DNA of 64,000 nt from an uncultured Pseudomonadota bacterium (GTDB taxonomy: Bacteria > Myxococcota_A > Polyangia > Fen-1088): contig CAWKBC010000027.1 of assembly GCA_963847705.1 (NCBI GenBank), forward strand, positions 640,001 through 704,000, written 5' to 3'. Position numbers and translations under genes: made by a program. Each line of letters opens with the position of its first letter. The stretch's first letter is position 1. The notes under the pieces were generated by a model. That model ran no database searches. It had not been told where the DNA came from and worked only from the letters and a program-made list of their open reading frames with translations. Shown piece by piece: positions 46,401 through 54,741 of this stretch.

Positions 46401-47306
46401 ATGGCATCGATTGTCATGACGCGGCGACCTTGGGTGCTCGCGCTGGTTTTCTCGATGATGCTGCTGGCGCTCGGCACCAAAGAGGCGCGCGCGCAGCTCA
46501 CGCCGCAGCAAAAACAGGATATCCACGTCCACTACCAGCAGGCGACGCGGGCCTACGATCTCGGCAAGTACCAAGAGGCCGTCGACGAGTATCAGAAGGT
46601 CTACGAGATCGACGGCGATCCGGTGATGCTCTACAACATCGCCCAGGCCTACCGGCTCAACGATCAGCCGCAGGAGTCGATCCACTTCTACCGGCGTTAC
46701 CTCCAGCGCTCGCCCGAGGCGCGCAACAAGGAAGACGTCGAGCGCAAGATCACCGCGATGGAGAAGCTGATCGAGGAGCGGCGCAAGGCGGCCGCCCTGG
46801 TCGCGCCACCGCCGCCCAGGACGGACGTGAAGCCGGTGGCGGTCCCCGAACCGGTGGTGCCGCCGCCGGTGTCACCGCCCGTGGTCGTCGCCCCGCCGCC
46901 ACCGCCACCGCCGCCGCCGCCCTCGACGACCCGCCGGGTCCTCGGATGGTCGATGGTCGGGGTGGGGGCCGCCTCGATCGCGGTGGCGATTGTCGAAGGG
47001 ATCAGGGCGAAGAACCGCGGCGATGAGCTGACCAAGGATCAGGGCACCGTTGCGATGCCGAATCCCTGGACTCCCGAGCTGGAATCAATTCAGTCGGAAG
47101 GCAAGACCGCCAACATCGTCGCCATCGTCTGCGGCATCGCCGGCACCGCGGTCGGCGTTGGCGGTGCGATCGTGCTCATCACCAACGGTTCGTCATCGTC
47201 GGCCAACGACAACGGCGCACCGTCGGCCGCGACGACCAACACCGTCAGCTTCGCCCCGTGGGTCGGCCCTGGGCTGGTGGGTGGCGGCATGGGGCTGAGG
47301 TTCTAA
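46401..47306 (+). CDS. Secreted TPR protein with Pro-rich linker, two hydrophobic helices and a C-terminal beta-hairpin ending in Phe
   Basis: LGKYQEAVDEYQKVY..DPVMLYNIAQAYR; tail VSFAPWVGPGLVGGGMGLRF; start 46401 or 46416. Confidence 0.82.
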   Translation: MASIVMTRRPWVLALVFSMMLLALGTKEARAQLTPQQKQDIHVHYQQATRAYDLGKYQEAVDEYQKVYEIDGDPVMLYNIAQAYRLNDQPQESIHFYRRYLQRSPEARNKEDVERKITAMEKLIEERRKAAALVAPPPPRTDVKPVAVPEPVVPPPVSPPVVVAPPPPPPPPPPSTTRRVLGWSMVGVGAASIAVAIVEGIRAKNRGDELTKDQGTVAMPNPWTPELESIQSEGKTANIVAIVCGIAGTAVGVGGAIVLITNGSSSSANDNGAPSAATTNTVSFAPWVGPGLVGGGMGLRF

Positions 47307-47309
47307 GCC

Positions 47310-48296
47310 GTGCGGTCGGCGCAGGTCCTGGCCGTCCGCGCGCTGTTGGTGGGCACGCTCCTGGCAAGCTTTAGCGTTGGCTGCTTCCGCCCGGCCAACC
47401 TCTCCGGCCGCTACTCCTGCGGCGCCAAAGGCGCCTGCCCTGACGGCCTGCAATGCAACTCCAGCAACATCTGCGTCTCGTCTCTCGGGGGCGCCAATGG
47501 AACCGGCGGCAAAGGCGGCACGGGTGGAGCAGCCGGCACGGACGGCGGTCCGATGGATGTGCCACCAGATCGCCCCTGCACGGGGGCCATCGCCAGTTGC
47601 CCGCCAAGCGACGCGGGGTTGTGCGATCCCGTCTGCAACCTCGGCTGCCGCGACTGCTTCGACAAGTGCTCGGTCAACACCGCCGGGGAACTGACGTGCA
47701 ACGCTCCGACTCCTGGCGCTCCGGTTGGGATCTTTGGCCAGTGTGCCCAGGTGAACTCGGGCTCGGGGCAGACGGACAATTGTGCGCCGGGCGAGTTCTG
47801 CTTCACCAACGGGGAGTGCGGAAGCCGCTGCTACCAGTTCTGCAGAGTAAATTCAGATTGTGCGAACGGCGCAAGCTGCTCGCGCGATGCAGGTGGCGGC
47901 AACAAATTCTGTGACTCGCCTCCTGCCGACTGCAACCCGGTCAAGAGCGCCGCCGGCAACCGGACGTACAATGGATGCGTGGGGTTACCGAGCTCTCTCG
48001 GTTGTTACCTTTCGTCGACCTCAGGTCATACGATCTGCGACTGCGAGTTCGCGGGTGGAAGGTTTGGCGAAAGCTGCACCCACTCCCGGGACTGCTTGGC
48101 CGGCCTTGTTTGCTACGATCCGACTGGCGGCACGGCGCCGAGCGCGCTGTGCTTTCCGGTCTGTCGGCTTCCTGTGGATGGGGGCGTTGACCCCACGAAC
48201 CCCGACGCCGGCGAGTCGGGATGCAACGGCGGGGTGCAAAATTGCCTGCCGTTCAGTTCAGGGGGCACGGTGTACGGTTACTGCCTAAACGGTTGA
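47310..48296 (+). CDS. Cys-rich lipoprotein
   Basis: Lipobox SVGC; YSCGAKGACPDGLQC; Gly linker; many Cys. Confidence 0.8.
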   Translation: MRSAQVLAVRALLVGTLLASFSVGCFRPANLSGRYSCGAKGACPDGLQCNSSNICVSSLGGANGTGGKGGTGGAAGTDGGPMDVPPDRPCTGAIASCPPSDAGLCDPVCNLGCRDCFDKCSVNTAGELTCNAPTPGAPVGIFGQCAQVNSGSGQTDNCAPGEFCFTNGECGSRCYQFCRVNSDCANGASCSRDAGGGNKFCDSPPADCNPVKSAAGNRTYNGCVGLPSSLGCYLSSTSGHTICDCEFAGGRFGESCTHSRDCLAGLVCYDPTGGTAPSALCFPVCRLPVDGGVDPTNPDAGESGCNGGVQNCLPFSSGGTVYGYCLNG

Positions 48297-48308
48297 GGAC
48301 CTGCCCGC

Positions 48309-49127
48309 TTGCCCACCTTTGGTCGGAACGCCACTTTCGGAATCGGCGTGGTTCTGCTCGTCCTAGGTTGCTACAGCCCGAATATCGGTCCAGCTACCTA
48401 CGCCTGCGGGTCTGATGGCGGCTGTCCGGACAAGTTTCACTGCGCCTCGAACCACCTCTGCTATCCGGAGGGCGACGCGGGCGTGCCGCCGGCCTGCGAG
48501 TCGGACGCGTCGGTGCAGCAGGTCTGTTCGACCGTCCCTGCCAGCGGTCAGGCCTGCGATCCTGGCTGCCAGAATGGGTGCAGTGGCTGTGGCTGGTGCG
48601 CCGTCCTCGCCAATGGTGTAACGAAGTGTCTGACGGAGAGTCCGGGCACCAAGAAGATTGGCGATATTTGCGATCCTTCGCTGACGTCGACCTGCTTGCC
48701 CGGTTTGTACTGCCAACCCGAGTGCAACAGCGGTCGCTGTTACAGGTTCTGTGACGTCCTCGACAAGAACGCCTGTGGGACCGGATCCACGTGCAGCATC
48801 GCGGGCAAGGTGTATGGGGACGGCGGAACCCTCTCCTTCGAGCTCTGCAGCCTCGTGTCGACTTGTAACGCCGTCACTCAGGAGGGCTGCGATCTCCCCT
48901 TCGCCTGTTACCCGACGGGGCTGACCCCTCCGACCGAGTGCGACTGTCCTCAAACGGTAACCACCGGCCAACCGTGTGGCTTCCGAGCCCAGTGCGTCCG
49001 TGGCGACAGCTGCATTGGCCCCGCGAACATGTCGGCGATCTGCCTGCAGACCTGCCTGGCCAGCTCGGACTGTACGTCGGGCACCTGTATGAACCCCGCG
49101 AATACGGCCTACGGCTACTGCATGTGA
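48309..49127 (+). CDS. Cys-rich lipoprotein, paralog of the preceding gene
   Basis: Lipobox VLGC; YACGSDGGCPDKFHC; shares CDP.C..GC..C, RCY.FC, CDC and terminal YGYC with 47310-48296. Confidence 0.8.
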   Translation: MPTFGRNATFGIGVVLLVLGCYSPNIGPATYACGSDGGCPDKFHCASNHLCYPEGDAGVPPACESDASVQQVCSTVPASGQACDPGCQNGCSGCGWCAVLANGVTKCLTESPGTKKIGDICDPSLTSTCLPGLYCQPECNSGRCYRFCDVLDKNACGTGSTCSIAGKVYGDGGTLSFELCSLVSTCNAVTQEGCDLPFACYPTGLTPPTECDCPQTVTTGQPCGFRAQCVRGDSCIGPANMSAICLQTCLASSDCTSGTCMNPANTAYGYCM

Positions 49128-49169
49128 CGTCGTCCGGCCCGTCGCGGACAACGGTGGGCTCAGGTCGCG

Positions 49170-49658
49170 CTAGTGACCGAGGACGTATCCGAGACGACCG
49201 TTGAGGCTTCGTGATTCGCTGACGCGACGCCAGAGCAGGTAGCCGAGGATGGCGAGGTTCAATGCGAGAGCGACGACCTTCCCCGGGCCGAAGTGCTCCA
49301 CGCCTTCGTAGATTTCGATCGGAATGAAAGATGCGGTCACCACGACGGTCAGCCACTCGGCCCAGCGCCGGCGGGTGAGGAGGCCGATGCCCTCGACCAA
49401 GAACACCGCCGCGTAGCAGAGCGAGGCGACGGCGAGCTTGCGGGCCGTGTGGTCGTCGAACGCGCTGAGCTTGCCGAGGAAGTGGGCGAACGCGTGGCGT
49501 CCGGGCGAGATACCCAGCCAACCGGCGATGTGCCGGACGTGACGGGCCAGGTCGCTCGGAACGGCCGCCAATCCGGCGATGCCGAGGGTTATGAGCAGAG
49601 CCGCCTTGATCAGCTTGAACACGCCGATTGCGGTGATGACCCGATTGCGCTTTGCCAC
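49170..49658 (-). CDS. DUF2127-like membrane protein
   Basis: AIGVFKLIKA, YAAVFLVEGIGL..RRWAEW, FIPIEIYE; GTG 49658 inferred. Confidence 0.8.
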   Translation of the reverse strand: MAKRNRVITAIGVFKLIKAALLITLGIAGLAAVPSDLARHVRHIAGWLGISPGRHAFAHFLGKLSAFDDHTARKLAVASLCYAAVFLVEGIGLLTRRRWAEWLTVVVTASFIPIEIYEGVEHFGPGKVVALALNLAILGYLLWRRVSESRSLNGRLGYVLGH

Positions 49659-49833
49659 TTCGGTGAAGTGTGGGCACGAGACGGTTGGTTGAATAGGCCT
49701 ATCTCGCGGGAGAATGGGGCCATCCCGCGGGAGCTGAGGGGGCCATCTCGCGGGAGAAGGCGGCACGGCGACGGACCGTTCGGCGCAGAAGCGTCGCGGG
49801 CGCGGCGGCGAAAGTCGAGTAGTCTTGGCCGCC

Positions 49834-50757
49834 ATGCCGTCGTCCCCCTCCGTCACGTTGCCGCGGTTTGCGTTCCTGACGCCGCGGGTGCTGCCGCCGG
49901 CGTCGAAGATCGAGGGGCGGGTGGCGGTGCTCGATGTGGCGTTCGCCAGCGAGGGGGGCGGGGCGTCGTTCGAGAAGACGACGCTGCCGTTCATTCGCGG
50001 GTTGGGCGGGCGGCTGGCGGCCTGGGTCGATCACCACGATCACGACCGCCACGCCGACTACGTGGGGGATCCGCGCTTCGTCCTCACCACCAAGGCGGAG
50101 CACGGCGCCTGTCCCGAGTTGGTGACCCCCGAGGTGGTGGGCGCGGCCGGGCCGGTCGACACGGTGGCGATGCACCTCGATCTCGACGGCCTCTATTCGG
50201 GCGCCAAGTGGGTCCTCGGCGGCGTCGAGCCGTACGAGGGGGCCGACGCCGACGCGCGCGCCATCGACACCCGCCGCGGCGAGCCGGGGCCGATCGCCAA
50301 TCGCATCGATCGCGCGCTGCGGGCGCGCTTTCGCGACGAGACGCTGAAGCACCGGGTGATCCAGTACCTGCTGTCGCGCGCGAAGGATCAGGTGCTGTGG
50401 GGCGAGATTGAGGAGGCGGCGCGCGAGATCGACCCGCTGCTCGACGAGAGCAAACGGCTGGCCGACAAGTACGAGCTCATCGACGGCGTCGCCTTCGTCG
50501 AGGCGGCCGGGCGCCCCTACGACAAGACCGAGCTGTTGCTGATCGGCCAGGAGAAGTCGCCGGTGGCCGTGGTGCGCGACTCGGGCTCGCTGACCATCGC
50601 CGCCGACTTCGAGTCGGGGCTCGACTTCGTGAAGATGTTCGACCTCGGGGGCGGCATGCCGACGCGCGTGACCGTGCCGGAGGCGCGCCGGGCGGAGGCC
50701 ATGGCGAAGCTGGCGGCCGCGGTTGCCGCGCGCGCCCGGCCGGCCGGCGTGTTGTAA
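49834..50757 (+). CDS. DHH-like phosphoesterase-family protein
   Basis: VAVLD, WVDHHDH, MHLDLDG, C-terminal GGG. Confidence 0.6.
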   Translation: MPSSPSVTLPRFAFLTPRVLPPASKIEGRVAVLDVAFASEGGGASFEKTTLPFIRGLGGRLAAWVDHHDHDRHADYVGDPRFVLTTKAEHGACPELVTPEVVGAAGPVDTVAMHLDLDGLYSGAKWVLGGVEPYEGADADARAIDTRRGEPGPIANRIDRALRARFRDETLKHRVIQYLLSRAKDQVLWGEIEEAAREIDPLLDESKRLADKYELIDGVAFVEAAGRPYDKTELLLIGQEKSPVAVVRDSGSLTIAADFESGLDFVKMFDLGGGMPTRVTVPEARRAEAMAKLAAAVAARARPAGVL

Positions 50758-50768
50758 GATCTGGGAAA

Positions 50769-51665
50769 ATGGCCACCCGCCGGCAGCCCAGGAGTCTTCC
50801 CACCCGAACCCACGTGGCGCTGGCGTCGCGGGTGCTGGCGGCGGCGAGCGGGCTGCGCGCCGGGCTGGCCTCCGAGGGGCCGCTGCCCTCGCGCACCGAC
50901 ATCCGGGTGCTGGTCGAGGAGCTGCTGGAGGTGCTGTTCCCCGAATCGCACCGCCTGGGGACCAACGGCGGCAGCCTGCGCGACCACGTGGCCGCCACGA
51001 TCGGCACCCTGGAGGCGCACCTGGAGACCGCGATCTTCCTGGGCCTGCACCGCCTCTGCGCTGGCAAGGATCGCGGCGGCGGCAAGTGCGCGCGGCGGGC
51101 GCGCGCGATGACGGGGCAGCTGCTGGAGAGCCTGCCCGAGGTGCGGGCGGCGCTGGCCAAGGATGTCCTGGTCGCCTACGAGTGCGATCCGGCCGCCAGC
51201 GGCGTCGACGAGATCGTCGCCTGTTACCCGGGCCTGTTCGCCATCGCCATCTACCGGGTGGCGCACCTGCTGCTCGCCTGCGGGGCGCAGGTGGTGCCGC
51301 GCATGCTCACCGAGCACGCGCACTCCCGCACCGGCATCGACATTCACCCCGGCGCCACCATCGGTGAGTCGTTCTTCATCGACCACGGGACAGGGATCGT
51401 GGTGGGCGAGACCAGCCGGATCGGCGATCGCGTCCGCATCTACCAGGGGGTGACCCTCGGCGCGCTGTCGGTGAAGGATCGCGGCAAGAATGATGGCGCG
51501 CCCAGCAAGCAACGACACCCGACCATCGAGGACGAGGTGACGATCTATGCGAACGCGACGATCCTGGGGGGGAGCACGGTGATTGGGCGGGGGGCGACCG
51601 TCGGCGGCAACGCCTGGATCACCTATTCGGTGCCGCCCGGGATCCGTGTCGGCGTGGGGACGTAG
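50769..51665 (+). CDS. cysE: Serine O-acetyltransferase
   Basis: DPAA, YPG, GIDIHPGATIG, FIDHGTG, YQGVTLG, RHPT. Confidence 0.93.
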   Translation: MATRRQPRSLPTRTHVALASRVLAAASGLRAGLASEGPLPSRTDIRVLVEELLEVLFPESHRLGTNGGSLRDHVAATIGTLEAHLETAIFLGLHRLCAGKDRGGGKCARRARAMTGQLLESLPEVRAALAKDVLVAYECDPAASGVDEIVACYPGLFAIAIYRVAHLLLACGAQVVPRMLTEHAHSRTGIDIHPGATIGESFFIDHGTGIVVGETSRIGDRVRIYQGVTLGALSVKDRGKNDGAPSKQRHPTIEDEVTIYANATILGGSTVIGRGATVGGNAWITYSVPPGIRVGVGT

Positions 51666-51667
51666 CG

Positions 51668-52948
51668 ACGCTCTCGCCGCGGGTTTCCCAGCTTCTTCGC
51701 GACGTCTCGGCGCAGATCCTAGACGCCCAGCGGCCGATCCGGGTCTTGCGCCTGCTCAGCTGGAGCGAGGAGGTCGAGCGCGACTTCTTCGCCTCGGCCG
51801 GCCGCGAGCTGCCGCGCCCCGCGTATCGCGTCTCGCCCGAGGTGGCGGAGGCGGGGGTCCGGTTCAAGGCGTTGAAGGCGCTCTGCCCGGGCGACGGCGC
51901 GATCGAGATCTTCCTGCGCGACACCTGCGACGCCTTCGCCACCGCCGCCCGCATGCTGGCCGCCGCGGGGACGCGCGATTTTTACCACCACTCCGTCGAG
52001 CTCTACGGACGGCCCGCCAGCCTGACCGCTGACCGGCGCACCACCAACCTGGGCCTGGCCCAGCACTTTCGCGGCGTGGTCGACGGCGTGGCCGGACGCG
52101 CCCCCATCCCCAGCCCTCAGGACGAGCTCTGCTACAGCGCGGAGGAGGTGGTGCCGCTCCTGGCTGCCCGCTTCGCGGCGTTCTTCCCGGGGCAGGGGAT
52201 CGGCGTCGAGCTCACCGACGGCATCCCGGCCAAGGCGGTGGCCGGCGTCGACGGCGTGCGGATCAAACGCGGCGTGCGGTTTTCTCGGCGGGATCTGGCG
52301 CAGCTGGAGTTTCACGAGGGGCAGGTCCACGTGGCCACGGCGCTCAACGGGCGCGCGCAGCCGGTGATGCCCTTCATCGGTTACCCCTCGCCCCGCACGA
52401 CGGCGACCCAGGAGGGGCTGGCGGTCCTCACCGAGTTTCTGACCCAGTCGACCAGCATCGATCGGCTGCGGCGGCTCGCCGATCGAACGCTGGCCATCAA
52501 GATCGCGGAGGAGGGGGCCGACTTCTGCGAGCTCTACCGGTTCTTCCTGGAGCGCGGCAACGACGAGATGGCGGCGTTCGACGGCGCGCGGCGGGTCTGC
52601 CGGGGCGGTCTCTGCGGCGGCGGCGCGCCCTTCACCAAGGACGTCTGCTACCTCGACGGCCTCCTGCGGGTCACCAACTTCCTGCGCGTGGCGCTGGTGA
52701 AGGGGCATCTGGCCGACGTGTCGCTCTTCTTCGCCGGCAAGATCGCGGTCGAGGACGTGCCTCTCTTCGGACGCCTCCAGCGCGAGGGGCTGGTGCGGGC
52801 GCCCGACCACCTGCCCGAGTGGGCCCGCGACCTGTCGTACCTGACCGCCTTCATGAGCTACTCGGCCTTTCTGGGCGAGTGCGATCTCGGCGCCGAGCGG
52901 CGGCGCTACGAAGACCTGATCACGCGTGCCGAGGACGAGATGGAATGA
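51668..52948 (+). CDS. DUF1704/QEGLA-motif zinc metallopeptidase-like protein (start codon non-canonical or uncertain)
   Basis: HEGQVH, TQEGLA, FTKDVCYLDG; frame open upstream of the first canonical start (TTG 51746). Confidence 0.8.
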   Translation, partial: TLSPRVSQLLRDVSAQILDAQRPIRVLRLLSWSEEVERDFFASAGRELPRPAYRVSPEVAEAGVRFKALKALCPGDGAIEIFLRDTCDAFATAARMLAAAGTRDFYHHSVELYGRPASLTADRRTTNLGLAQHFRGVVDGVAGRAPIPSPQDELCYSAEEVVPLLAARFAAFFPGQGIGVELTDGIPAKAVAGVDGVRIKRGVRFSRRDLAQLEFHEGQVHVATALNGRAQPVMPFIGYPSPRTTATQEGLAVLTEFLTQSTSIDRLRRLADRTLAIKIAEEGADFCELYRFFLERGNDEMAAFDGARRVCRGGLCGGGAPFTKDVCYLDGLLRVTNFLRVALVKGHLADVSLFFAGKIAVEDVPLFGRLQREGLVRAPDHLPEWARDLSYLTAFMSYSAFLGECDLGAERRRYEDLITRAEDEME

Positions 52949-53681
52949 GGCCCATCAGCCGCGCACCGAGCAGCATCGTGACCAGGCAGGCCCACTGCGC
53001 CGGCGTCAACCCGGCGTAACGCTGGTCGGGCAGGGCGACGTCGGTCGCGCGCAGGAAGTCGAGGCCGAACCGCACCGGCGCGTACATCAGGGCGGCCAGG
53101 CCGATGATGTGGCCGGGGGGGCGCGGCTTCCTGGCGTAGCGGAACAGCACCAGGGTCATGACGATGGTGAACAGCAGCTCGTCGAGGCCGAGGTCGTGGC
53201 GCGGGCCGTCGGGATAGTTCACCGAGAGGAAGAAGGAGGTGTGGCGCCCGGGGTGGTCGTGCGCGGTGAAGCAGCCGGTACGGCCGAAGATCCAGCCGAC
53301 CGAGAGGCCGAGCGCGACCGAGTCGGCGTAGGGGAGGCGGGGGATCTTCTCTTTCTTGGTGTAGTAGAAGAACGCCAGGAAGGCGCCCAGGAAGCCGCCG
53401 AACGACGACAGGCCCGACCAGACGTTGAGCAAGACCAGCGGGTTCTCTTTGATTCGCTCGGGGAAATAGAAGATGACCGAGACCAGGTGGGCCATGATGA
53501 AGCCCCCGATCACGATCCGCGCGTTCAGGAAGCGGACGTCCTGCTCCTCGAGCCCGCGCTTCTTCCCCTCGGCCACGACGATCCGGTCGCCCACGATCAC
53601 CCCGCAGGCGACCAGCACGCCGAACAGGTGGATCGGGATCGACCCGATGTTGAACAGGTGCCCGCTGAAGTAGGGAATCAT
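52920..53681 (-). CDS. lgt: Prolipoprotein diacylglyceryl transferase family protein
   Basis: GLSSFGGFLG, GRTGCF..HDHPG, RFGLDFLR; ATGA overlap with lipA. Confidence 0.78.
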   Translation of the reverse strand: MIPYFSGHLFNIGSIPIHLFGVLVACGVIVGDRIVVAEGKKRGLEEQDVRFLNARIVIGGFIMAHLVSVIFYFPERIKENPLVLLNVWSGLSSFGGFLGAFLAFFYYTKKEKIPRLPYADSVALGLSVGWIFGRTGCFTAHDHPGRHTSFFLSVNYPDGPRHDLGLDELLFTIVMTLVLFRYARKPRPPGHIIGLAALMYAPVRFGLDFLRATDVALPDQRYAGLTPAQWACLVTMLLGARLMGLIPSRPRHA

Positions 53682-54676
53682 CCTTGCGCCGCGCGCAGAG
53701 CCAGGACGATGTCGCGCTGGCCGTCGGCGTGGTAGCTGGAGCGGACCATCGGACCCGACTCGACGTGCGGGAAGCCCAGCGCCAGCGCCTCGGCCTTGAG
53801 CAGGTCGAACTCGGCGGGCGGCACGAAGCGCGCGACGGCCAGGTGCCTGGGGGACGGGCGCAGGTACTGCCCCAGCGTCAGGATGTCGACGCCGATCTCG
53901 CGCAGCTCGCGGAGCACGGCGCGGACCTCGTCGAGCTCCTCGCCGAGGCCGAGCATGAGCCCCGTCTTGGTGATCGCCCCGCGCGCCTTGGCGTGACGGA
54001 GGATGGCGTACGAGCGGGCGTAGCTGGCCTGAACGCGCACCTGCCGCGACAGGCGCGGCACCGTCTCCAGGTTGTGCGCGAAGACGTCGGGGCCGGCGTC
54101 GAGCACCGTGTCGACGTCGCCGGTCTCCCCCTTGAAGTCGCCGGTCAAGACCTCCAGCACCAGCTCGGGGCTGCGCCGCTTCACCGCGCGGATGGTCGCA
54201 GCCCAGTGCGCCGCGCCGCCGTCGGGCAGATCGTCGCGGTCGACGCAGGTGATCACCGTGTGCCGCAGGCCCAGCTCGCCCAGCATGGTGGCCACGTGCT
54301 CGGGCTCCTCCGGATCGGGCGGGAGCGGGCGACCGGTGGGGACGTCGCAGAACTGACAGGAGCGGGTGCAGATCGCGCCCAGGATCATGATGGTGAGCGA
54401 CTGGCGGTTCCAGCACTCGCCGATGTTCGGGCACGACGCGCTCTCGCAGACGGTGTGCAGCCCCAGCTCGGCGACGCGCTGCTTGAGATCGAAGAAGACC
54501 TCCCCCTGCGGCATCTTCATCCGGATCCAGTCGGGCTTCCGCTCGGATCGGGGGCGCGCGGCCGCGGCGCCGTCGGCTTGCGAGGCCTGGCCGGAGGTCT
54601 CTCGCGATTTGCCCTCCAGCTCGGCCTGAAGGACGCGCAGCTTGCGCGAGCGGGTCTCGACGATCCTCTCCGGCAT
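53678..54676 (-). CDS. lipA: Lipoyl synthase
   Basis: CESASCPNIGEC, CTRSCQFC, HNLETV, GQYLRPS, RSSY. Confidence 0.97.
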   Translation of the reverse strand: MPERIVETRSRKLRVLQAELEGKSRETSGQASQADGAAAARPRSERKPDWIRMKMPQGEVFFDLKQRVAELGLHTVCESASCPNIGECWNRQSLTIMILGAICTRSCQFCDVPTGRPLPPDPEEPEHVATMLGELGLRHTVITCVDRDDLPDGGAAHWAATIRAVKRRSPELVLEVLTGDFKGETGDVDTVLDAGPDVFAHNLETVPRLSRQVRVQASYARSYAILRHAKARGAITKTGLMLGLGEELDEVRAVLRELREIGVDILTLGQYLRPSPRHLAVARFVPPAEFDLLKAEALALGFPHVESGPMVRSSYHADGQRDIVLALRAAQG

Positions 54677-54741
54677 TTCGCCCTGAATCTACCCGATCAT
54701 CGCGGGGCTGTCCGCGACGGGCGCTGGTATTCTCGGACGGC

